Shown one piece after another: positions 6,138 to 13,580 of a stretch of 32,000 bases of DNA (position 1 is the stretch's first letter; each line of letters begins with the position of its first letter). The stretch comes from Eggerthellaceae bacterium (lineage in GTDB: Bacteria > Actinomycetota > Coriobacteriia > Coriobacteriales > Eggerthellaceae), in assembly GCA_009782615.1 (NCBI GenBank), contig WRIS01000008.1, positions 31,610-63,609 of the forward strand, given 5' to 3'. The notes below the pieces were generated by a model. The model saw only the letters and a program-made list of their open reading frames with translations. It was not told where the DNA came from and did no database searches. The translations under genes and the position numbers were made by a program.

Positions 6138-6971
6138 ATGAAAGTTGTCGATGCCTTTTACTCTCCAGAAGCATATACATCATACGGAATCGACTTTTAT
6201 GAGTCGGGGAAACAAAGTGGGCAATCCCACGCAAACATCCCTATTGAGGGCATTCTCCATGTATACATCAACAATACGTTGTTTATGGATATTACCTGTT
6301 CACCAGACAATTTATTCGAGTTAACTCTGGGACGTCTTTTCTCCGAGGGAATTATTTCAACGAAATCAGACATAGACGATATTCGTTTTGAAAAACAATC
6401 AATGCGTATGTTCGTGGCGCTTAAAAACTCTTTTGACAAAGTTCTTTCAAGAACCATCACCATGGTATCCACTTGCGAATCAAACAAGCAGACGCTTTCA
6501 AACCTCAACTCTTGCAGTGATTTGCCTAAAAAAGTGGAGCCGATACCCTGGGACATAGAAACCATATTCAGGCTCGCAAAAGTATTTGCCCGCGACACAC
6601 CGGGGCATCGCACTACCTACGGACTCCACAGCTGCTACCTTGTCGTCGGAGAAAACGTGCTCTTCTGCTGCGAAGATCTCGGCCGCCACAATGCCCTCGA
6701 TAAGGTTATCGGTCACGCCCTTGAACAGGGAATAGATTTTAGACAGACTTTGGTTTTTACGAGCGGTCGCACTCCTGTTGACATGGTATCTAAAGTTATT
6801 CGAGCACACATTCCGATTCTCGTAACTAAAGCCGTGCCCACATATCAATCGGTTGCTTTGGCGCAATCACACGAACTAACACTGATATGTTCGGCATATC
6901 CAGATTCAATCAAGGTGTTTAGTGACCCAGAAGGAAAATATCAGCAAGCGAATTGCAAAATTGCCGTTTGA
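6138..6971 (+). CDS. fdhD: FdhD-family molybdenum-cofactor sulfurtransferase / accessory protein (277 aa).
   Basis: The FdhD hallmark is present: CEDLGRHNALDKVIGHAL...FTSGRTPVDMVSKVIRAHIPILVTKAVPT. The RBS is gggggat. Confidence 0.8.
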   Translation: MKVVDAFYSPEAYTSYGIDFYESGKQSGQSHANIPIEGILHVYINNTLFMDITCSPDNLFELTLGRLFSEGIISTKSDIDDIRFEKQSMRMFVALKNSFDKVLSRTITMVSTCESNKQTLSNLNSCSDLPKKVEPIPWDIETIFRLAKVFARDTPGHRTTYGLHSCYLVVGENVLFCCEDLGRHNALDKVIGHALEQGIDFRQTLVFTSGRTPVDMVSKVIRAHIPILVTKAVPTYQSVALAQSHELTLICSAYPDSIKVFSDPEGKYQQANCKIAV

Positions 6972-7035
6972 CCTATACCACCAAAGAAAGATTTCTCTGC
7001 AACGCCCACAAAGCAAGAAGAAAGGAAAATGAAAC

Positions 7036-7719
7036 ATGACAATTCCCCACGAAGCCCATTATCACTACGCCGCTTCAGACATGTACCAAGCTCTTAGCCA
7101 CTTCATGTTTCGCACATCACCAGAATTGGCTCAGGCGCTTTATGAGGGAGACTACTATCGCGATATGTGCGACATCCTGGCAGAGCTTGGGTTCAGCAGT
7201 TCCGAAGTTGAATCGCTTACCCGAAATCTCGCCGTAGATGCCTTTGTTCAAACAAACGAAGACGATCTCTTTCATACGATTAGAAAAGACTACACCCATC
7301 TTTTTAGTAATCCAAAAATCAGCGTGATGACCCCCTACGAAAGTCGATTTCTTGGATATGAGGAGGACAAAAAAGGACAGGACGTTCCTTTAGGAACCAT
7401 TGTGGTAGACATTTCTCGCATATATAAAGAAAACGGATTTAGTATCCCGACTACACCACAAGAACGCAGCGACCACATGGGCGTAGAGTTAATCTTTATG
7501 CAAATTCTCCAGAAAAACTTAGGCTGCATGATTGAAGCGGGCGACAGCGCAAAGCGTCAAGAAATCGAAGAAACAATGAAGAATTTCTTGGACAAACATC
7601 TTAGTGTCTGGGGAATCAGTTTCTTCAACGCCATAACTGAAAAGGCGCAAGAAGATGTCTACCGAACAATCGGTGCAATCGGTACAGCCTTTCTCAAAAA
7701 AGAACTTCAGCAAACTTAA
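7036..7719 (+). CDS. TorD/DmsD-family redox-enzyme maturation chaperone (227 aa).
   Basis: Size and position (directly upstream of a Tat-signal molybdoenzyme) fit. Motifs DYTHLF...P.ES and ERSDHMGVELIFMQIL match the TorD-family signature (E.PDH...EL.FM). Confidence 0.7.
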   Translation: MTIPHEAHYHYAASDMYQALSHFMFRTSPELAQALYEGDYYRDMCDILAELGFSSSEVESLTRNLAVDAFVQTNEDDLFHTIRKDYTHLFSNPKISVMTPYESRFLGYEEDKKGQDVPLGTIVVDISRIYKENGFSIPTTPQERSDHMGVELIFMQILQKNLGCMIEAGDSAKRQEIEETMKNFLDKHLSVWGISFFNAITEKAQEDVYRTIGAIGTAFLKKELQQT

Positions 7720-7791
7720 GCCTCGTGGGCATGGCAAGACTTTAGAAGGAGCAGGACAGATAAGTACTGAAAGGACGAAAGGAGAGAAATA

Positions 7792-10512
7792 ATGGGAGAA
7801 GAGAAGAGGGGCATAAGCCGTCGCAGCTTCATTACTGGAGCGTTGGGAACGGCGGCGGTTATGAGCACTATGGGAGGAGGTCTTATCGGATGCACGCTAG
7901 AAAACAAAGAAGAAGATTTAACAAGCATTTCTACGGGAACGTGGATACCTACCACCTGTAACATGTGTTTCAACAACTGCGCCATCCTCGTTCGCGTTGT
8001 TGATGGCGTTGCCATGGAAATCAAGGGCAATCCCAATTCAACGGTTGGTGGCGGACGCCTATGCGCAAAAGGGGCATCAGGGCTTATGCAATTATACGAT
8101 CCGTATCGTATAACAAAGCCTTTGATAAGAACGAATCCAGAAAAAGGCATCGGCATCGATCCAGGCTGGGAAGAAATAACCTGGGAAGAGGCAATGGGTC
8201 TCTACATTGGAAAGCTTGCCGCCTATTCTGCTGAAGACCAAAGATACGTAGCAGGATCTTCGATGGTTTCAAACCTAGGAACCATTTATGCTCGGGCGGC
8301 GCTCAATGCGGCTATGGGCGGCATGCCCGAAACGGCAATATCGGATATCTGCGGTTCGGGAACACACGGAAACCAGGAATTGCTTACCGCCACCGGTAAT
8401 GCTTCACCAGACTATGCTTACTGTAACTATGTTATACAGTTCGGCATACAAGCCGGAACCGCCACCCGCCATGGCTTCAACATGACCGCCAAGATGTTTG
8501 CCGACAGAAGAGCAGAAGGATGCAAGCTGGTAAACTTTGACCCGCATATGAGTGCTGCGGGCGACAAGGCTGACGAATGGGTTCCTCTTGTTCCCGGAAC
8601 CGATGCCGTTGTAGCCCTAGCAATGGCCAATGTACTTGCGAATGAAGTGGAAATCTATGACAGAGATTTTCTCACAAACCGTTCAAACGGTCCGTCTCTG
8701 GTTGACACTGAAACCGGGCGCGTTATTCGAGACAAGGACACACAAAAAGCTTTGTACTGGGATGAAGACACCTCATCAGCACAACCCTACGACAAAGCAA
8801 CAACGCCGGCTCTTGAAGGAAGCTTTGAGGTTGATGGAAAAGCCTGCAAAACCGCCTGGACCTTAAACCGGGAGCACTTAGAAACCTACACTCCTGAATA
8901 TGCGGAGAAAATTTCGACTGTTCCCGCCGCCTCTATCCGCAGAATCGCACGTGAGTTTGGTGAGGCCGCTTGCATCGGTCAGACCATCGAAATTGAAGGA
9001 TACACGCTCCCGTATCGACCCGTTGCAGTCGATTCCTTCTCAGGAGTATCACGGCATAAGCATAGCTGGCTTAGCAACTGGGCATGTTTGCAGCTCAACA
9101 CTATCGTCGGTTCATGCAACGCAGTCGGTGGCTATATCGGCTTTGGTCCAAAATGCAACGGATATAGCGACACATCCCCCATCAAGTGGGCACCCGGCGT
9201 TTGGGAAGAAGATGGTTTGATTAACTATACCAGCCTCATCTCCCCTGCCTCAGGTCCCGAATCCATGTATGAAGCTGTACGCAGCGGCATCAGCGTACCC
9301 GAAACAAAAGATATGCTGAGTCTTATGCCGTTTGGTATGGACTATCATTTCTACTACATCAATCAAAAAGACCCTGCAACCTTTAACAATCTTTGCGTTA
9401 AGTCAAAAATGCTGATTGCCTATGGATGCAATCCGCTTAAATGGTGGGGGGATTTTGAAGACCAGGAACAACTCCTCAAGGATTATGAGTACGTTATTGG
9501 AAGCGACCTTTACCTAACCGACGCGTCTTATTACTTTGACCTATTCATACCAGAAGCAACCTATCTCGAGCGATACGATGTTTTTGAACACATGTTCTTG
9601 GCGCATCGCCATCTTGGCGGAATAGATAGCAAGTGGAACTTCCTTATACGCCAGCCTGTTGTTGAAGCGCGCGATGGCTGTTTAGGAAATTGGGAGTTTT
9701 GCTGCGAAGCTGCCTGGATGGCAGGCCCTGAATCAAATGCCGGTTTTGCAACGGTGCTTAACTATGTGCATTTGATTATGGAACACAACCCGCTTCCCAC
9801 CGATCAAAAGATTACACCTGAAATGGTTCTTGATGCCGGCTATAAAACCTATATCGATGCCGAACACGACCTTGAATGGTTCAAAGAAAATGGCAGCTAC
9901 ATTTACCCACGTAAGGCCGACGAGGTCTACATCTGGGCTGATGGTAGCGAAGGCAGGGTTCCTGTCTATATGGATATCATGTTTGAGGCAAAAGAGAAAG
10001 TTGGTGCTATCGTTGAGGAAAACAAAATTCCCTGGGAGCTTGACGATTATCAGCCTCTACCCGACTGGAAACCTTGTCCCGATTATGAAATCACGGATTC
10101 CGACTACACTATCATGCCCATCTATTGGACCAACCAATCCAACGTCGACACCTGGTCTGTATACAATGCATACCTTAATGAATTGAACGAAAGTGACCCT
10201 TATGGCTATGCCATCGAAATAAACAGTGCCACTGCCGCAGAAAAAGACATTAAAGACGGGGATGCCATTTCCTTGACAAACATTGTTGGCAAATCTGTAT
10301 CAGGTATCGCAATGACATCGGAAGCCGTTCATCCTCAGTGCGTTTCGGTAATTGGTGGCCACTGGAACTCTCAATCCGAGTTCATTCCAACAGGCAAGGG
10401 TAAGGGCACTGGCATAGTCGATCTCGTCTACGGAAGCCTTAATCCTATTCGCTATGATCATCTATGCAATGCTTTTGACCAGTGCGTCCGCGTAAAGCTT
10501 GAGAAGATTTAG
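7792..10512 (+). CDS. Tat-exported molybdopterin (bis-MGD) oxidoreductase catalytic subunit of the DMSO-reductase superfamily (906 aa). Substrate unknown.
   Basis: A twin-arginine motif (SRRSFITG) is followed by a lipobox-like LIGC. The N-terminal FS0 motif is C-x2-C-x3-C-x27-C (CNMCFNNC...LCAKG). Candidate Mo-ligand Cys in SDICGSGTHG at codon 187 (nt 8350-8352). Length and the C-terminal beta-barrel-like domain fit the family. The RBS is aaaggagag. Confidence 0.85.
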   Translation: MGEEKRGISRRSFITGALGTAAVMSTMGGGLIGCTLENKEEDLTSISTGTWIPTTCNMCFNNCAILVRVVDGVAMEIKGNPNSTVGGGRLCAKGASGLMQLYDPYRITKPLIRTNPEKGIGIDPGWEEITWEEAMGLYIGKLAAYSAEDQRYVAGSSMVSNLGTIYARAALNAAMGGMPETAISDICGSGTHGNQELLTATGNASPDYAYCNYVIQFGIQAGTATRHGFNMTAKMFADRRAEGCKLVNFDPHMSAAGDKADEWVPLVPGTDAVVALAMANVLANEVEIYDRDFLTNRSNGPSLVDTETGRVIRDKDTQKALYWDEDTSSAQPYDKATTPALEGSFEVDGKACKTAWTLNREHLETYTPEYAEKISTVPAASIRRIAREFGEAACIGQTIEIEGYTLPYRPVAVDSFSGVSRHKHSWLSNWACLQLNTIVGSCNAVGGYIGFGPKCNGYSDTSPIKWAPGVWEEDGLINYTSLISPASGPESMYEAVRSGISVPETKDMLSLMPFGMDYHFYYINQKDPATFNNLCVKSKMLIAYGCNPLKWWGDFEDQEQLLKDYEYVIGSDLYLTDASYYFDLFIPEATYLERYDVFEHMFLAHRHLGGIDSKWNFLIRQPVVEARDGCLGNWEFCCEAAWMAGPESNAGFATVLNYVHLIMEHNPLPTDQKITPEMVLDAGYKTYIDAEHDLEWFKENGSYIYPRKADEVYIWADGSEGRVPVYMDIMFEAKEKVGAIVEENKIPWELDDYQPLPDWKPCPDYEITDSDYTIMPIYWTNQSNVDTWSVYNAYLNELNESDPYGYAIEINSATAAEKDIKDGDAISLTNIVGKSVSGIAMTSEAVHPQCVSVIGGHWNSQSEFIPTGKGKGTGIVDLVYGSLNPIRYDHLCNAFDQCVRVKLEKI

Positions 10513-10523
10513 GGAGGAAAGAA

Positions 10524-11144
10524 ATGTCTTATTCTATGGTTATAGACTTAAAAAGATGTGTTGGCTGCAGTGGCTGCGTAACAAACTGCAAAGCATCGAA
10601 CGGCACGTCTCCCGAAATGGCGCGTTCGTGGGTGGATCGATCTCTTGAGGGCAAATATCCCGACGCGAGAAGGAGCATCGTGCCAAAACTCTGCAATCAG
10701 TGCGACAATCCGCCTTGTATCCTTGTTTGCCCCGTTGAAGACACTACGTTCAAAGACGACAGTGGCGTTGTCCTCATCGACAAAGAACTTTGCATAGGCT
10801 GTCAAAGCTGCATATCCGCCTGCCCTTATGGCGCACGAAAATACCGTGCGGATGCCATGGGTTATTTTGGCAGCGAGCTCACGCAATATGAAGAAGTCGC
10901 ATACCAAAATATGCCAGAAAACACAGTGGATAAATGCGACTTTTGCATGGGAAGAACGCCTGAAGGTCAAGTGCCCGAACCAGCCTGTGTACGATCTTGT
11001 GTGGCTGGAGCGCGTTTCTTTGGCACGACTGAAGAAATGAAGGGCTTTATAGATTCGTCCGGCCGAGATAGCTATAGGCTCTTAGAAAACATGCAGACGG
11101 AGCCCAATGTTATTTATCTTTCGGATTTTGTTAACACAGTGTAA
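10524..11144 (+). CDS. 4x[4Fe-4S] ferredoxin-type electron-transfer subunit, DmsB/PsrB-like (206 aa).
   Basis: Four Cys groups are present: CVGCSGCVTNC, CNQCDNPPCILVCP, CIGCQSCISACP and CDFC...CVRSC. There is no signal peptide of its own. The RBS is GGGAGGAAAG, and the gene starts 11 nt after the catalytic subunit stop. Confidence 0.85.
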   Translation: MSYSMVIDLKRCVGCSGCVTNCKASNGTSPEMARSWVDRSLEGKYPDARRSIVPKLCNQCDNPPCILVCPVEDTTFKDDSGVVLIDKELCIGCQSCISACPYGARKYRADAMGYFGSELTQYEEVAYQNMPENTVDKCDFCMGRTPEGQVPEPACVRSCVAGARFFGTTEEMKGFIDSSGRDSYRLLENMQTEPNVIYLSDFVNTV

Positions 11145-11171
11145 TAAGTCCTTTATGCACTACGGCAATCA

Positions 11172-11247
11172 AGCGCCTGCTTCTTGAGGATTTCTACGCG
11201 ACAGCGTGACACATGTCACCTTACCCGCAGAGAAAGAAGCAGGCGCT
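11172..11247. terminator. Nested stem-loops between the convergent Fe-S subunit and VapC genes.
   Basis: A 14-bp outer stem, agcgcctgcttctt (11172-11185) / aagaagcaggcgct (11234-11247), encloses a small hairpin gtgac-acat-gtcac (11206-11219). There is no U-tract. Confidence 0.3.
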
Positions 11248-11284
11248 GCTGTTGCCACCAATCGGCGACTAGGCAAGAAGAAAT

Positions 11285-11698
11285 CTACCAGACAGAATCA
11301 ATCCAGGGATGATTTTTGATTTGAGCATCATCAGTGATGACCGTTAGGTTTTCAAGTGATGCCTGTGCCACAATGAAACGGTCAAAAGGATCTCGGTGTG
11401 ACCAATCCATGCTTCCCGCTAAATGGGTATGGGCAAGTGTTAAAGGTAAATCCTCAACACCAAGTTGTTGGGCAAACTGCGTGTAGTTTTTGACAATGCT
11501 TTCGTATGCTGCATCGAGTTTTGCAAGACGATATTTATTGGTAGTTTCAAATGCGCTGATAGACGAAAGATATAGGCGAGTTTCGGGGTTTTCGATTATT
11601 GAATGCGCCATCTTGCCCAGTCTATTTGGAGCCTTTATTGCCCAAAGAAACGTATGGGTATCAAGCAGATAACCCTTTTCGAAATCAAAGGTTTTCAT
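11285..11698 (-). CDS. vapC: VapC-family PIN-domain toxin (137 aa).
   Basis: The product is MKTFDFEKGYLLDTHTFLWA...RDPFDRFIVAQASLENLTVITDD. Its start codon overlaps the antitoxin stop as ATGA. Confidence 0.85.
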   Translation of the reverse strand: MKTFDFEKGYLLDTHTFLWAIKAPNRLGKMAHSIIENPETRLYLSSISAFETTNKYRLAKLDAAYESIVKNYTQFAQQLGVEDLPLTLAHTHLAGSMDWSHRDPFDRFIVAQASLENLTVITDDAQIKNHPWIDSVW

Positions 11699-11928
11699 AA
11701 GCCCCACGCTGCCAATTCTTCGTCAGGCAAAGAATCAAAGAATGAATCATTCCAACTTTCAGAGCCTCCAACAAAACCAAGGGGGCGTTTTGTAGGCTGC
11801 TCATATGGAACAAGTCGCACTGCTGCCACTCCGCGATTTGCGATAACAACTTCCTGACCCGCCAATGATGCTGAAACCAGTTTGGAAAGATTTGTTTTTG
11901 CGTCTTGCATGTTCACGACAAGAGACAT
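11695..11928 (-). CDS. Phd/YefM-family antitoxin (77 aa).
   Basis: MSLVVNMQDAKTNLSKLVSASLAGQEVVIANRGVAAVRLVPY matches the Phd/YefM N-terminal pattern. The gene has a 4-nt overlap with vapC. Confidence 0.8.
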   Translation of the reverse strand: MSLVVNMQDAKTNLSKLVSASLAGQEVVIANRGVAAVRLVPYEQPTKRPLGFVGGSESWNDSFFDSLPDEELAAWGL

Positions 11929-11980
11929 AATATGCCTTTCCCTTTTTCGCCTTTTTCTTGCAAGATAAAGGTATCACGCC

Positions 11981-12013
11981 AATAAGACTAAGTCAACTTG
12001 ACTTAGTCTTATT
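11981..12013. promoter_or_regulatory. Perfect 16-bp inverted repeat with a 1-nt spacer. It is the likely toxin-antitoxin operator in the Phd/VapC-yigZ divergent promoter region.
   Basis: The sequence is aataagactaagtcaa-c-ttgacttagtcttatt, 53-85 nt upstream of the antitoxin start. TTGACT hexamers occur on both strands at its centre. Confidence 0.5.
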
Positions 12014-12108
12014 GAGAAGCCTTTTCACTGTTGCATTGCTTCGCGGCGCAAAGGGAAAAATCGGATAGAATGAAAGAGTAGGAAACGGGCGACAAAGCAA
12101 AGGGGCAC

Positions 12109-12732
12109 GTGATTTTGGATTCCTATACAACTATCCAAAAAGAAGCAAGTGCTGAGATAAGCGAAAAGAAAAGTCGCTTCATTGCCGCGATTGCCCCTGC
12201 AACCACCGAAGATGAAGCACTTGCCTTTCTCGAAAGCGTGCGGCTTCAACATCGCATGGCAAAACATCATGTTTTCGCCTACGTTTTGCACGCAGGAGCA
12301 CGCGTACGTTATTCGGATGACGGCGAACCTTCAAAAACAGCAGGACTTCCCGTGCTCGAGGCAATTAATCATGCCGACCTGAGTGACGTAATTATCGTCG
12401 TAACCCGCTATTTCGGCGGGACGCTCCTGGGAACAGGGGGCCTGGTGCGCGCCTACACGCAAGCTGCCCAAGCGGCAATCGCTTGCGCTGAAATGGTGCG
12501 CATGTCTTTATGCGTTGATATTGAAGCGGCTATCCCCTATGCAGATTACGAACAAGTCGTCCACCTTGCAAAACTCAATAATGCGAAGGTGGCACATACC
12601 GATTTTAGCGATATCGTGCATCTACGCCTGCAGATTCTTGCTCAAGATACAGGCCTTGTTGATAAGCTCACGGAAGTTTTACGCGGTAGCAAGGATATAC
12701 GTGTTAGCGAACCGTATACCGCGGTATTTTAA
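12109..12732 (+). CDS. yigZ: YigZ / IMPACT-family (UPF0029) protein (207 aa).
   Basis: Motifs: KKSRFIAAIAP, HHVFAYVL, YSDDGEPSKTAGLPVL, VVTRYFGGTLLGTGGLVRAY. The start is a GTG, so the exact start is uncertain. Confidence 0.8.
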   Translation: MILDSYTTIQKEASAEISEKKSRFIAAIAPATTEDEALAFLESVRLQHRMAKHHVFAYVLHAGARVRYSDDGEPSKTAGLPVLEAINHADLSDVIIVVTRYFGGTLLGTGGLVRAYTQAAQAAIACAEMVRMSLCVDIEAAIPYADYEQVVHLAKLNNAKVAHTDFSDIVHLRLQILAQDTGLVDKLTEVLRGSKDIRVSEPYTAVF

Positions 12733-12750
12733 GACTTCTCCAATTCAAAG

Positions 12751-12771
12751 ATTGCGGGTCGAGCCCGCAAT
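12751..12771. terminator. 8-bp GC-rich hairpin 19 nt downstream of the yigZ stop.
   Basis: The structure is attgcggg-tcgag-cccgcaat. T-runs are weak on either strand (cttt follows on the minus strand). Confidence 0.35.
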
Positions 12772-12916
12772 GACGGAATTCCTCAGGTCAAGCAAGGTCA
12801 GCGAGGGTTTCTGTGGTGGCTTGAATTGACATGATGTTTGAGCGTAGCGTACTTCGGTACGTGAGCGAAAACAGAATGACAAAGCAAACCATCACGGGAA
12901 GCCGCAGCGTCAACGT

Positions 12917-12944
12917 GTTACGTTGATTGTCAAATCAACGTAAC
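12917..12944. terminator. Perfect 12-bp hairpin abutting the efp stop codon.
   Basis: The structure is gttacgttgatt-gtca-aatcaacgtaac, with the efp stop at 12946-12948. No U-tract follows on the minus strand. Confidence 0.4.
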
Positions 12945-12945
12945 T

Positions 12946-13506
12946 TTAGACGCGTTTGATGAAGCGTCCGTCGCGGGTATCTACCTGAAGCTTGTCGCCC
13001 GTATTGATAAACATAGGCACTTGGATGGTGGCGCCCGTTTCAAGCGTTGCTGGTTTCGTACCGCCTTGTACGGTGTCTCCCTTAAATCCAGGGTCAGTTT
13101 CACTCACTTCTAGTTCTACAAACATCTGCGGCTCAATGCTAATGAGTTCGTCTCCTGCATACAACAAAATCGCATCGTCGTTTTCCTTGAGCCATTGAGC
13201 AGCACCGCCGACAACGGCCGTTTCGATTTCAACCTGTTCGTAAGAATCGTTGTCCATAAAATAAAAGGTGCCGCCATCGTTGTAGAGGTACTGCATAGTT
13301 TTGTTTTCCAGGCGGACTTGTTCAAACTTCGTGCCAGAATTAAAGGTGTTGTCAACAATGCGTCCCGTTCTCACGTCGCGCAGCTTAGTGCGAACGAAAG
13401 CACCGCCTTTCCCTGGTTTTACGTGCTGAAATTCGACAATAGTCCACAGTTTGTCGTTATATTCGATACATATCCCGTTTTTGAAATCCGCCGTTGAAAT
13501 AGCCAT
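12946..13506 (-). CDS. efp: Elongation factor P (186 aa).
   Basis: The product starts MAISTADFKNGICIEYNDKLWTIVEFQHVKPGKGGAFVRTKLRDV, the canonical EF-P N-terminus with the KPGKG loop. Confidence 0.95.
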   Translation of the reverse strand: MAISTADFKNGICIEYNDKLWTIVEFQHVKPGKGGAFVRTKLRDVRTGRIVDNTFNSGTKFEQVRLENKTMQYLYNDGGTFYFMDNDSYEQVEIETAVVGGAAQWLKENDDAILLYAGDELISIEPQMFVELEVSETDPGFKGDTVQGGTKPATLETGATIQVPMFINTGDKLQVDTRDGRFIKRV

Positions 13507-13580
13507 CGCTCAAAATCCTTTCGCTTATGTTCTCCCGACACGCACGCGTGCAGGTAGTTAAATCAGGCGTTCTGTTGCTG

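Noticed and set aside
7716-8156. A minus-strand 146-aa ORF and other antisense ORFs (for example 10548-10970, 13963-14457, 16916-17359, 22305-23144) lie inside the large genes.
   Set aside because: They are fully contained in confidently identified genes on the opposite strand. They have no RBS and give no recognisable protein features.
7792-10512. The catalytic subunit might be a formate dehydrogenase (because of the adjacent fdhD) or a selenoprotein.
   Set aside because: There is no in-frame TGA. The candidate ligand region reads DICGSGTHG rather than the FDH (U/C)-H-G-P-(S/T) motif. This rests on pattern memory, not an alignment, so it should be confirmed.
12025-12291. A minus-strand 88-aa ORF overlaps the yigZ start region.
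   Set aside because: It overlaps the well-supported yigZ frame and the divergent promoter region, and its translation is not protein-like.
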